Positions 29,122-39,858 of a DNA stretch of 59,294 nucleotides are shown in pieces; position 1 is the stretch's first letter, and every line of letters begins with the position of its first letter. The stretch comes from Fibrobacterales bacterium. GTDB taxonomy: Bacteria; Fibrobacterota; Fibrobacteria; Fibrobacterales; JAOPTW01. The notes under the pieces are model-generated. The model saw only the letters and a program-made list of their open reading frames with translations, did no database searches and was not told the DNA's origin. The position numbers were made by a program, and so were the translations under genes. Where the stretch lies: positions 1 to 59,294 of the forward strand of contig JAOPTX010000031.1 of assembly GCA_051532055.1 (NCBI GenBank). Reading direction: 5' to 3'.

Positions 29122-30606
29122 TTACAAAATATTATACACCACAGCAAAATACCAACCCTTTGGAGTGCTCATATAATCATATTGTAGGTCTTTATCAAGT
29201 TGAGTCGTTTCTGTGATGACATCACCAACATTGAGTGACTTAAGCTTTGGCTCAAAAATCCAGGTCCCTCCCCATGACACTGTAACACCAATTTGTTCAA
29301 AAGTCACCCCAAATCCTGTAAGTAAAAATGGATGTGTTTGAATTGGGTCTATACCAATCTGAAGACAAGGAACTACATATTGCGAATAAAGAAGGTCCAC
29401 ACCCATATTCATAAACATGGCTACACTTGGCTGTCCTCGTTCTATGTTTTCATCTGTTATAATATATTGACCCGTACCATTTTGCTTATAGCCATATTTT
29501 GTAATAGTAGTATTTGAATAGAATGCACCAGAAGCCACCTTAAAATTAAAGAAATCATACGGGCTAAAAATCATAGTGTTTTGAGCAATAGTTTCTCGCT
29601 CTTTAAATGCTATGTCTTTTTCATTATATTCAAAAAGTGTGATAGTAAGGCTAACATCTAAATTTTCGTTTGACTCAAAGTCTAACGCCCTTACAAAAAC
29701 AAAGTCATTGGGGGCATTTTCTTCAGATTTTGGCACTAAAGACTTTTCCATTATATCTATAATAGAGCTCAAGCCTTTCGTAAGTCCTTTAAAATCAGAT
29801 ATTTTTTGTAAAACAGAATACTTGAAATTAACAAAAGAGCTTGATACCAGAACATTGAGGGAATTATTTTCGTCAGTAGTATCCTTTTGGGGAAGCTTGT
29901 GACCCAACTGAGCCAACAGAATATATGCAGTATCAAATTGGTGGGTATATCTATTTAATGATTTTTTTATAGTATCAATAGAGCCGCGAACCAACTCTCT
30001 ATTGGTAATATTAAAGAGTTTTTTAGTAAATTGATTAACAATGTTATGGTAATCTATAGACGTTAAGGAATCAATACGCTGTACTTCTTTAACGAGATTA
30101 TTTATTTGTTTTGACTTATTATCTTTATCAGTCTTTGTTTTAGCGTCATGTAACCCATTAAGGATTTGGAGCATGACAAGATTTGTATTGGTATAGTTCA
30201 AGTGCTTTTCATTAATAGAAGGGTCTTGACTAATGCTCTCACTATTTTTGGTAGTGGCGACAAATTCTGTATTCAGCTTTGGGACACCTGGTAAAGACAG
30301 CTTATTCATAAATTCTTTTATTACTTTTGAGTTCTTATTTTCAAATGCTTTATCTTGCCACTTAATCTGATATTTTAATGGATTCATCCATTTAATAAAG
30401 ATATTACACTCATTTCCACTTTTAAGTGCAAACTCATGATTGGCCTTCATTGTTTTTTGAGAATCAGCATCTTTTAAGTCAAGAACATATTTAATTTGTT
30501 TATTTACCACTGACAAATACAACTTGCCATATCCGACTTTTGTTTTTGTACCCGCCTGTAAGGAGCTCATTACTAAGGCTCCGAGTATAAGTATTTTCTT
30601 GATCAT
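29122..30606 (-). CDS. Hypothetical secreted protein (helical middle, beta-stranded C-terminus)
   Basis: 494 aa with signal peptide MIKKILILGALVMSSLQA. Confidence 0.75.
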   Translation of the reverse strand: MIKKILILGALVMSSLQAGTKTKVGYGKLYLSVVNKQIKYVLDLKDADSQKTMKANHEFALKSGNECNIFIKWMNPLKYQIKWQDKAFENKNSKVIKEFMNKLSLPGVPKLNTEFVATTKNSESISQDPSINEKHLNYTNTNLVMLQILNGLHDAKTKTDKDNKSKQINNLVKEVQRIDSLTSIDYHNIVNQFTKKLFNITNRELVRGSIDTIKKSLNRYTHQFDTAYILLAQLGHKLPQKDTTDENNSLNVLVSSSFVNFKYSVLQKISDFKGLTKGLSSIIDIMEKSLVPKSEENAPNDFVFVRALDFESNENLDVSLTITLFEYNEKDIAFKERETIAQNTMIFSPYDFFNFKVASGAFYSNTTITKYGYKQNGTGQYIITDENIERGQPSVAMFMNMGVDLLYSQYVVPCLQIGIDPIQTHPFLLTGFGVTFEQIGVTVSWGGTWIFEPKLKSLNVGDVITETTQLDKDLQYDYMSTPKGWYFAVVYNIL

Positions 30607-30712
30607 ATATACCTTTATTGTTAAACCAATTAAGATGTATATATTTACTCGACATTTTCCAATAGCCCATAAGTATTATTTTTAGTAAGCAACGCCTATG
30701 CCTTCGCCACAC

Positions 30713-32280
30713 CTAAAACGCATCCCCACCCCCTTCAATAATAAACTCCAACGAGTCACACGCTTCAGCAAGCACCACCAAATAGAACACCAGTTCCTTA
30801 ATCTGTAGCGTTTCAACCGGCTGATGCACCTCACCACGGATCTGTCCATCAACCTGTCTGAACCCGACCACATCATGTTTCTCATTAAACGACATACAGG
30901 CCGCAAGGATATCGGCGCCTCTCAGTTTTTCGTATGATGCGATAGTACAGGCACAGCTACTGAGGCGGAGAATACCGTTATGTTCATCCAGTTGAATATG
31001 TTGATGACGGGTACCTCTATACACCGTCCAGAGAGTGGTGTCGTTGTGTTGCCCAATCTTGCCGAGGCTGAAATGATTGCCCCAAGGGACTGCATCTAAT
31101 AATGCTTCCGCACTGGTTTTATTAAGCCATGGTCTATTGGTCTTACAGGGCACCCAGTAATGATTCTTTGAATCTGCGTGAGTGGATGCATTCAGATACT
31201 GTACATCACTCAAAAGGAGGCTTATGAGGCGCTTAACCTCTTCGGGTTGTGTTTCATTTATTCCAAAGAGGATTTCACTATGGAGAACAACAACGCCCCC
31301 TGCGTCTCTTGGATGCCCCAATAGGCGGGATGAGAGTTTACTGAATACGGTATCGTTATTTACTTCTCGCCACTGTTCCCAATCATCAATCTCCCACTTT
31401 AGAGACGCCCTGAGAAGGAGTTCACCCGGTATCTCTGAATGATTCAGCTCGATGGTTATGGTATCACGGTACTGGCTGTCTGTGAGCACAAACCGGTGTG
31501 GTTCTTTTTGGTATAATGATTCTGCATCAAAACAGTTATGTACCAGTTCTGAAAAATGGACCATGGTGCTTTCAAGTGCATCTATGGCCTGCTGTTTATC
31601 TTTCATGAACTGTTGTCTGATGGGTTTGTTATAAAGCATTACAGGATAGGGAGTTTCTAGTTTTGTCTCTATTGCAGGGGGAACACTTTTGGATTCAGAT
31701 ATCTCGGCATCAAGGTAGAGGCGTGAATCTTCACTTGTTGTTTTTTCCATGGTATGGAGTGAATCAATAAAACCGTTCATTCTATTAAAGAGGCGGTTCA
31801 TCTGGTACACCTCAACGGTATCTCTCAGATAAGGAAACTGCACTTGGATTTTATCCGACTCGTGTAACTCATTTATTCTTGAGAGCTTCCGAGCATTCAG
31901 GCTACTCACCCTATCGACCCGTCCTATCTTCTGTTCCATTGAGGTAGAGGTAAAGGATATTCCATAATGGACCACTCGATCACAAAAGAGGTGGAGATCC
32001 TCCCCTTCTTGGAGTACGTCTGTAGAGATGAGTGCCAGTGGATAGCGAGGCATTCTGAATTGAACCACGCCTCTCTTTTGTACACCGCCACTCATTCCAA
32101 GGGCAGGGGTTGGTTGTCTGACTGAGTAACTGTCCCAGTTTGGTAGAGACATCACCGGCACTCCACTTTCGCGCTTCAGGAAAGTTATTTGTGAGTATCA
32201 GATCCAGATTATCATAGAGTGACTGCATCTCTCTGCGGTAATTTTTTGAGATACTCTACAAAGGTCCCCTTGTACCAGGT
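30713..32280 (-). pseudogene. 5'-truncated, frameshifted SF2 helicase (C-terminal RecA2 domain plus YbjN-like tail)
   Basis: LISTDVLQEGEDLH...HYG...EQKIGRVDR corresponds to motifs V/VI, with no Walker A or B. The upstream ORF 31980-32228 appears to join through a frameshift near 32105. Confidence 0.7.
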
Positions 32281-32294
32281 AAAATATTCAGTTA

Positions 32295-32756
32295 TTATAA
32301 TTGATTAGTAGCCTCATAAACAACATTCCATTCATCCCAATATTTCACATATCCTTTCAATCTTTCTGAATTATCTTCATTCTCTGCAAATGATTCCCAT
32401 TCAGGAAATGAAATAAAAGGACGCTGGGTTTCTCCCAAATGAGTACGTGTGAAAATATCATCACCCAGCTTCAAAAACGCAATTGCATTAGTATATCTTG
32501 ATATCCCTTCCCAAGCACAAGTTAGGATTTTTATATTGTATGTTCCGGGCTTCAAAAATTTTTTGAAATCAATTTTTTCATTCCATACTTTAGAACTGTC
32601 AATAGTGAGTGTACAAAACGGATCTTCAACATCATTTAGATATACTTTAAAGCCTGCATATGGAAATGGTAAACTAAAATGAGTTGAATCATACTGTAAT
32701 ACAAGAAAAAAGTCATCCGATTGCTTTGCTTCATTGTTAATTACTAAACCTGACAT
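32295..32756 (-). CDS. Hypothetical protein
   Basis: 153-aa ORF with RBS GAGGG and no recognisable motif. Confidence 0.6.
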   Translation of the reverse strand: MSGLVINNEAKQSDDFFLVLQYDSTHFSLPFPYAGFKVYLNDVEDPFCTLTIDSSKVWNEKIDFKKFLKPGTYNIKILTCAWEGISRYTNAIAFLKLGDDIFTRTHLGETQRPFISFPEWESFAENEDNSERLKGYVKYWDEWNVVYEATNQL

Positions 32757-32926
32757 AAAATCATTCCCTCTTTTATTTACCTAATTGATTAATGCTAATT
32801 ATGAATATAAAAAAAACTCACGAACTAGATGTGAACAATTTAGTTTTACCAACGATCCTACTTGGTGGCCACCTTCAGCGAGTGGCATGAGGAAAGTGGC
32901 ATGAGAAAAGTGCCGTCTTATTTACT

Positions 32927-32986
32927 GTCTGCGTATTCAGGCTTCTTTGTGGAGAAGAGTTTTGTGGGGCATTCTCAGGCTAGTTT
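32927..32986 (-). repeat. 60-bp duplicate of the 5' region of the DUF2779 gene
   Basis: 57/60 identical to 35308-35367. Confidence 0.85.
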
Positions 32987-33108
32987 ATTCGGAATACTAA
33001 GGTATTCTTCACCCTACGGGTTGGCCTTTGGCCAATGCTGATTGCTATTCGCACTCCCGTCTGCCCATCTCTTAAAGAGTTCTTCTTCGCTTTCTCGTAT
33101 ACTCAGAT

Positions 33109-33912
33109 CTATTTATCCTCTACGCACCTAACAGAGGCTCCATAGTATTTATTGTTATCATTATGAAACACAAGTTCTGATCTATCGAAATCTCGAGCCA
33201 TTGCTCTGGTGTCATTAATTTCTGTAGCTGTCCAAAACATTGAATGCGAGCCCATACGTTGATATGAAGTAGATGTGCGATAACCTGAAGGTAATATATT
33301 GAACCCAAATTGATCCGTCCCATTTCCATTTAATATGCTAGTAGGTTCTTCAAAACTAACCCAGACTGTATCTTGCAGCCATAGTGTTGATGATTTCAAG
33401 GCATTAGCAATATCATATAGACTACCTTTATTTTGTATTGCATCGCTACTTTGAACTAATTGCTGGATGGACCGCAATAACCCGTCCCATTCATAATCTA
33501 TGGGAACATGCCAACCGTAGGGGCATATACCCCTTGCATCAATTTGAAACACACCATTATATTGTTCGTTAATATAGCTAGAATCTATACCCATAACCGT
33601 AGTCCAATTATATAAGTAACCATACTTCTTACAGTTTTCTATAGAGTTGTCATAACAATGCGTACTATCTTGTACAAAAAACCTTAAGTTTTCAGCCATC
33701 CATTTTTGGCCATTAACTTCCAAATATTTATATTCATTATTGTCACGCACATCTGTAAATGTACCTGTTACAACCTGTGTGATTGATTCTTTTTGACTTG
33801 AGTTTAAAGAAACCAGGCTAGAACTTGATTCTCCAATACTAGGGGATGTGCTAGAATCATTACATGCGCTAACAACAATTGCAATTAATAAAGATATAGA
33901 TAGTTTATGCAT
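33109..33912 (-). CDS. FISUMP (Fibrobacter succinogenes major paralogous domain) lipoprotein
   Basis: FTDVRDNNEYK...WMAENL...YGYLYNW...GICPYGWHVP...GTDQFGFNILPSG...SVRCVED. Confidence 0.93.
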   Translation of the reverse strand: MHKLSISLLIAIVVSACNDSSTSPSIGESSSSLVSLNSSQKESITQVVTGTFTDVRDNNEYKYLEVNGQKWMAENLRFFVQDSTHCYDNSIENCKKYGYLYNWTTVMGIDSSYINEQYNGVFQIDARGICPYGWHVPIDYEWDGLLRSIQQLVQSSDAIQNKGSLYDIANALKSSTLWLQDTVWVSFEEPTSILNGNGTDQFGFNILPSGYRTSTSYQRMGSHSMFWTATEINDTRAMARDFDRSELVFHNDNNKYYGASVRCVEDK

Positions 33913-34099
33913 TATATGCCCTCTGTAACTTTCAATGTAAATATAATTTTTTTACTTTCAAATAATCCCAAACTCAGAATTTCAAACCGCTAAAAAGTAA
34001 AACGGCTTATGCTTTGTATTACCGTTTATAATTCTGTTGTCCATTGCTTAAATCCCCCATTAGTTGATGATGTACTTGTCCAACTATTTAAACTAATAT

Positions 34100-35475
34100 G
34101 CACATAGTGAGAATACTGGAAGGCGATCCCTTCATAGGGTTTTCTTCCTTTATTGAAGGGTATTGCGGTCATATCGAGTAGCACGATTAGTGGTACTCAA
34201 GCTGAGTGATAGTCTAGCAGACTATCAGGAATGGCCAGTTTCGAAGTCTATAAAGTGGAGTGGGAAGGCCCAGGTCGCCATTTCTGTTTTGAGCCCATCT
34301 TTGTCTATCCATGGGGTGCTCTCACCCTTGGTGGTCTTCTCTATCTGCAACCACTGACGTTCTTTTGGGGTAATACCGTGTCCGTTTGCTGACTGAGGAT
34401 TGATATCACTTTCTGAGAGTTGGCGCATCTTTACTTTACCCTCAGCAATGAGGGCATCTTTACCTCTAAAATTCCAGATATCAAAGATAGTGGGTTCTGC
34501 GAAGTCGGGTTCTTTCCATCCCAGTGCTTGGGAGAAGCATTCTTTCACTCCTGACTTGAGGCTACTCTCTGGAGATGCTTTGTATTCGCATTTTCCGCAG
34601 TGGCTGGTTATGCAGGGGGTTATTTTGTCATCACGGTTATAGTGGTCGGCATAGAGGGCGATTCGTTCTGCAAAGGTATACTCTCTCCCCTGTAGGGTAT
34701 ACATGCCGAATCCGTCGTTACTGGTATAGATGAGGTCACACTCATGGGATACATCAATAGTTGTGAGTATCTTGTGTTCGAGCTCTTCTGATGTGAGGCT
34801 TGCTGGGCCGACACATTCTGCTCTGCCGTATTTGTCTTTGATCAGTTTAAACTTTTGGTAGAGGCCTTCTGTGGGGCATGGTACGGTTTTGTTGGCCAGC
34901 ATGAGGTGGGGTTTTACGCGCCAGTGTGGGAAGGCGTTTTCGGTTACATATTTCTGAAAGGCGATATCGTAGAGGTATGGTTTCCATTTACTCTCTATTC
35001 CTCCCCTCTTTTTCATGAATCCTTGGGAGTCTGTTGGGTCTATGGATTTGGCTTTTACTTCTATTAAGTCAACGGTGTTGCCTTTCTTTACTAATACGTC
35101 TGCTCTTATGAAGAGGGTTTTGTAGGCAATAGCTGCTTCGTAGATGATTACGTTTTCTTGCTTGAGGAGTTCGTTGGTCTGGTTGAGTGCTTCGGTGTAG
35201 TCGAGGGTTGTTATGTCGTGGCCGCCGGGGTAATATAGTTTTGCGAGCTCACCTACTTGGTGACCTCCTTCGGCGAGGGCCTGGAGGAAGGTGTCGTCTT
35301 GTTTGGAGTCTGCGTATTCAGGCTTCTTGGTGTAGAAGAGTTTTGTGGGGCATTCGCAGGCTAGTTTGAAACGGGATTTTGTGAGGTAACGCTTCGCGGA
35401 TAGCGGAGCCTGGCCCACGAATTTATTTTCATGTGAGTTAAACTCTTGAAAGTGGCTGTTTGGGTAATGTGTCAT
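34100..35475 (-). pseudogene. RecB/Cas4-like nuclease-DUF2779 protein, interrupted by an insertion and truncated
   Basis: YLTKSRFKLACECPTKLFY...RADVL...LIEVK...YDIAFQKY...FPLHFIDFET, then a 64-bp intervening segment, then MTAIPFNKGRKPYEGIAFQYSH resuming at 34172. Confidence 0.75.
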
Positions 35476-35486
35476 TTTATTCTACA

Positions 35487-36131
35487 CTACCTGTTTTTAA
35501 ACTTAATCATACCATTCAATTCACCTACAGGCACCATCATAGAAATATCTTCAATAGAACCTAGTTCAAGGGTGTAACTCTCTTCTTGTATACTTGCATC
35601 CAATAGAAACCTAAACTCATTTTGATGACTAAAATTATCAAACTTTCGAAACGCTCCCATTTCACCATGATATGATTCTGGATCAACATATTTTACTGTT
35701 TTACATTTAGCCCCAAAACTTCTTTGCTCACATGCGTCTTTAAACCTACTGTGGAACTCCTTCAAATTTGTTATAACTAATGCGGTGTCACCAAAGTCAC
35801 AGCATTTTTTATCTATTAGATCTATTGATTTTTGATAGTCTATATAATGGTCTGAATTTAAAGTATACATACAATGAATTAATGGATTTCTACCAGTTTC
35901 GTCAACTTTAACTACTCCTTGAATTTCACTAACTTCAATTCCATTTACAGTTAATGTTATTTTGTCTGGTTGATATACATGAGTAAGCCCTTCATTAGTA
36001 TCACCCTGTTCACGATTTTCCATATGACAGTATTTTCTGAGTCTTTGGAAGAACATTTTTCCTTCATTTTTAAAATCTTCCATATATTTACGTTCACCAA
36101 ATTTAATGAGAGTAATTATATACTTTTTCAT
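35487..36131 (-). CDS. Hypothetical protein, DUF2971-like (defence-island type)
   Basis: CMY...FGDTALVI...VKYVD...FRKFDNFSHQNEFRF motif pattern. Confidence 0.55.
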   Translation of the reverse strand: MKKYIITLIKFGERKYMEDFKNEGKMFFQRLRKYCHMENREQGDTNEGLTHVYQPDKITLTVNGIEVSEIQGVVKVDETGRNPLIHCMYTLNSDHYIDYQKSIDLIDKKCCDFGDTALVITNLKEFHSRFKDACEQRSFGAKCKTVKYVDPESYHGEMGAFRKFDNFSHQNEFRFLLDASIQEESYTLELGSIEDISMMVPVGELNGMIKFKNR

Positions 36132-36153
36132 AATTTACTTGTTACATCCTAAT

Positions 36154-37404
36154 TTAAGTAGATTTTGGTGAGGTAGCGGAATGTTTTAAAACTTTACTTG
36201 CCCATCGATCAAAATACCCATCTTTATTTTCACCTACATAAAAACAACCATCAGGCATAACACAACATTCCAATTTGATCGTAGTTAAAGTCATTTCTAG
36301 GTCATTGGTGGCTACAAGTCTTGTATCTATTAATTCCTGAAGTAGTACTTTACCTTTTATTTCACCTAGCTTAACATTCCTTAAACATAAAACTTGAAAA
36401 ATAGCAAATGCATCTAGTGATACTTTACAAGGTTTCCACTCTAAACCTTCACTATCTATGCCTCTATCTGGTGAATAATTATGTGCTCTTATTATCCATC
36501 CAAACTTATCACCTTTTTTTGATAACTTTGCACCGAGAAATGGCTTTAAAGGTTCATCAGAATCATCTTCTCCATAATCCATATCTACAAATCTTGATAA
36601 ACGCCCTAATATTAATTCAGTTAGAATAACAGTATTATGGTTTGTGCATGACATATAAAACTCAAGATAACCTTCATTAATAACTGGATGGTAAGGCTCA
36701 CCATTTAACTTTATGAGACAAGAGTCTTTACAAATTATTAGATCAGGATAACTAAAAGGGCCGTAACCTTTTTGGAACATATTTTCTTCAAGGAATTCAT
36801 AATATTTATCTCTTAAACTAGACTCAGAAGCAAAACCATTATACCCAATCACAATTCTTAATGGCAAAACAAATTGAGTTAAAAGACCATGGAATATATT
36901 TTGAAGAGTTTCATCTAAATCAAATATCTCATCATATTTAGTGATATGCTTAGAAGTTGATTTAGCAAAGACATTATACAGAATTCTTGTTTCTTTAGCT
37001 GATAAAGCTTGATAAGTTGATTTCAAATCGACAACATCTCTCAAATGACTATAAGCATCGGACATATCATTCGAATATAAATTCTTTTTAACTTCAACAA
37101 CCATTAATACATTTTCTAAATCATATACAAATTCATCTTCTGTTCCAGGTACAAGTTGTCCATCGCCTACAACTATCATACAGTCTATCTGGCCGGATAA
37201 TTTCGATCCTCCTTTTATGAAACCAGAAACTATTCTAAAATCTGAATTTTCAGGTAGTGTTGTATTAAGTAATTTTCTGGTTACACCTTCATATTGTTTT
37301 CCAATTGTTGGCGCATGATTAATTGCAATTTCAAAATTATCAATTTTTTGTCTCTCGACTTCAATTATTTTTCCAATTATATCAGTAATAGTTTTAACAA
37401 TCAC
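36154..37404 (-). CDS. DUF6602-like PD-(D/E)XK nuclease domain protein
   Basis: HAPTIGKQYEG...VSGFI...SGQIDCMIV...VVEVKKNL. Confidence 0.7.
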   Translation of the reverse strand: MIVKTITDIIGKIIEVERQKIDNFEIAINHAPTIGKQYEGVTRKLLNTTLPENSDFRIVSGFIKGGSKLSGQIDCMIVVGDGQLVPGTEDEFVYDLENVLMVVEVKKNLYSNDMSDAYSHLRDVVDLKSTYQALSAKETRILYNVFAKSTSKHITKYDEIFDLDETLQNIFHGLLTQFVLPLRIVIGYNGFASESSLRDKYYEFLEENMFQKGYGPFSYPDLIICKDSCLIKLNGEPYHPVINEGYLEFYMSCTNHNTVILTELILGRLSRFVDMDYGEDDSDEPLKPFLGAKLSKKGDKFGWIIRAHNYSPDRGIDSEGLEWKPCKVSLDAFAIFQVLCLRNVKLGEIKGKVLLQELIDTRLVATNDLEMTLTTIKLECCVMPDGCFYVGENKDGYFDRWASKVLKHSATSPKST

Positions 37405-37546
37405 AAATGAGCCTTTTAAATTACACTACCTACAAATACTGCTTAAATTGTTCATGAGACAAACAAATTGTAGTAAAGAAGGAGAACTTACTTTGATGTT
37501 TTAGCCGTAAAGTTGTATTAAATCGGCTTTTAAATAGTTGAAATTT

Positions 37547-37981
37547 TTACCCAGTAACAATTTCGTTTCCACACTCTTCACAGGATTTTGTCAAAAGGTT
37601 TGCACCAGAGGTAACGGGAAAATGATGCACCTTTCTTAAATTATGGCTACACACTAATTTAACTGTATCGTTTGGGTCAATTTGTAGATCACCATTAACA
37701 TACGTTAGACCAATTTCCTTACCAGCAAACCATAATATATTTAACCTATTTCTATTATCAATTTCACAACAACCAGATAGTGCTGGCGATATTGCATAGT
37801 TTGAATAAGCTTCAAATGTAGGATCATCATATATAGATACTATATCGTAGAATTCGTCAGGCGCCGTATGTTTGATATATTTTTTTAACTGATCATCAGT
37901 TCCTGATAGATTTATTGAAGATGTATCTATCGGATTATATATCCCTACTCTTACTGCACAAGAATGACAATAATATTTCAC
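37547..37981 (-). CDS. Small zinc-binding protein, putative Ntox50/BECR-like RNase
   Basis: CHSC at the N-terminus and CEEC at the C-terminus. Core reads KH...GKEIG...G...VKLV...VHHFP. GTGA overlap with the upstream ATPase and RBS GGAG. Confidence 0.55.
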   Translation of the reverse strand: MKYYCHSCAVRVGIYNPIDTSSINLSGTDDQLKKYIKHTAPDEFYDIVSIYDDPTFEAYSNYAISPALSGCCEIDNRNRLNILWFAGKEIGLTYVNGDLQIDPNDTVKLVCSHNLRKVHHFPVTSGANLLTKSCEECGNEIVTG

Positions 37982-39858
37982 CCACCAACTCCCATTAATG
38001 ATTTTTCTTTTATAAACTCAAACATTGGCCTAAACACTTCAAAATATTCATCTTCAACACAAGGCACAACAGTCTTTGCAAAATCTGTCTTATCAGAGTC
38101 TGAACAAAACTCTACTCTAGTTCCACCTACACATGACTCTTGCTTAAAGTAATCTTGTGTTACTGTAGACCCATAAAACAAATGTTCCATTTCGCAACAA
38201 GACCCATCCTTAAAAGTCTCTTTTGTCGCACTATTCTTAATAACTTGATTTTGAATATCAGCATTTACAGGTACCGGCAACATCAAAGCATAAGACTCAC
38301 CATGTTCCCATTTTTTTATAAGACCTTTATATGGATCTTGCTCAATTATAGAACCATTCATCCCATTCCATTGGTTATAGGCTTTGTCAAAATCATACAA
38401 ACCAAAAACTGGCAATCCCTGCATTTCAGCTACAATTCTCTCATCTGATAATAATTGTGACAAGTAGGTGCAACTAAAAGCATAGAACGGTATAAATGGC
38501 ATTTCGTCCTCATATAACTTATACCACGCCTGTTTTATTACAATTGGATCGGTATTCCCTTCAGTAAAGAGAACAGGTTTATTCTCTATTTGGATAGTGT
38601 TTATAATACTCAAAATTTGATCATCTTCAGAGTACTTAATAATATCAGAACTAAGCTTTTTTACCGCTACATGTTTAGGGACATTATAGCAAGTGGCTTT
38701 ATCATCTTTGACATCAAAATACCGTACCTTTGCATTTTGGTGTTGGATCAATGTAACAGCACTATGACTACTCATCAAGATATGGTTTAATTCCTGATTC
38801 TCCTCAGCAATTTCAAATACCTGATCCAAAAATTGATATTGCCATTCAGGATGAAGAAAAGCATCAGGCTCGTCTAGTAACGTAAGGCACTCCCTATGCT
38901 TAAATAACTCCATAGCAGCGTATATGTAAACAAGTTGAAACTGACCATCACTAAATGATGCACTTGTACTCTCACCTACACCATCAATAGTCAATGGGAA
39001 ATCAATTTCAGATATCATATCAAGGATTTTCAAATTATCAAAACGCCTGAATATATCTGCTGAGAAAAACTGAGTATATTTACTTCTGAAAAGTGCTAAA
39101 TCAATGGACATCACATACTCATCATTATCTTGAGAGTACACATCAGAGTGCTGAAACTCTCCTTTTATACATTCGTATAGATGAAAGAGAAAATCCTTGG
39201 TCACTCCATCAGCACCCCAAAAAAAAGAGCGCCTATCAAACTTATCTACCTGCTCAAATCCAAGTTCTTTTAATCGAGTATTTGCAAAAGCAGGTCTTTT
39301 TAACGTTAGTACAAAGGTATCAGCTGTTTTTGTGATGTTTAGCTTTTCACATATATAATTATATGCAGGGGTATTTACTTTAAACAACAAGGAGAATAGA
39401 AATAGATCTTTATATGTTGAGTCAATCCCATAAAACAGTCGAGGAGGCGTTTCAGAAACTTTTTTTGTTTTTGGTAGAAAGTTCTTAATAGACTTTTCAA
39501 CAAGGGTTTCTATTGTCTTATTATGTCCAGAGTAGTAGATAAGAATATTATCGGGGAATGGGAATTTACCTGAAGCCTTTCTCTGTTTTTTATTGATAGT
39601 GAACTGTTCTTGATCCCAGATTATCTGCTGTGGAAAGCCATGAACTTCATATATAATCTCATAACTAAAACCAATAGGAGCGGCTTTGATCTTTGACTCT
39701 AAAATATGGTTTAAGATCTCAATCAAAGCCTCAAAAAAATTAGACTTCCCCGACCCATTCTTACCAACAAAGACATCAATGAAGTTATCAGAATCAAAAG
39801 TGATTTCAAAATCTTTAAGGTTTTTGTATTCACTTATTTTGACATACTTCAATCTCAT
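37978..39858 (-). CDS. OLD-family-like ABC ATPase fused to a TOPRIM nuclease
   Basis: Walker A GKNGSGKS, signature FSDGQ, Walker B LLDEPDAFLHP, H-loop SSHS. TOPRIM motifs FTEGNTD, YDFD, EMEHLF and KTDFA. Confidence 0.85.
   Translation of the reverse strand: MRLKYVKISEYKNLKDFEITFDSDNFIDVFVGKNGSGKSNFFEALIEILNHILESKIKAAPIGFSYEIIYEVHGFPQQIIWDQEQFTINKKQRKASGKFPFPDNILIYYSGHNKTIETLVEKSIKNFLPKTKKVSETPPRLFYGIDSTYKDLFLFSLLFKVNTPAYNYICEKLNITKTADTFVLTLKRPAFANTRLKELGFEQVDKFDRRSFFWGADGVTKDFLFHLYECIKGEFQHSDVYSQDNDEYVMSIDLALFRSKYTQFFSADIFRRFDNLKILDMISEIDFPLTIDGVGESTSASFSDGQFQLVYIYAAMELFKHRECLTLLDEPDAFLHPEWQYQFLDQVFEIAEENQELNHILMSSHSAVTLIQHQNAKVRYFDVKDDKATCYNVPKHVAVKKLSSDIIKYSEDDQILSIINTIQIENKPVLFTEGNTDPIVIKQAWYKLYEDEMPFIPFYAFSCTYLSQLLSDERIVAEMQGLPVFGLYDFDKAYNQWNGMNGSIIEQDPYKGLIKKWEHGESYALMLPVPVNADIQNQVIKNSATKETFKDGSCCEMEHLFYGSTVTQDYFKQESCVGGTRVEFCSDSDKTDFAKTVVPCVEDEYFEVFRPMFEFIKEKSLMGVGG

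Noticed and set aside
19600..35500. Integron cassette array
   Set aside because: There is no intI, no consistent RYYYAAC/GTTRRRY attC pairs are seen after genes, and gene orientations are mixed.
37978..39858. Gabija or retron assignment for the OLD-like gene
   Set aside because: No UvrD-like GajB and no reverse transcriptase are adjacent.
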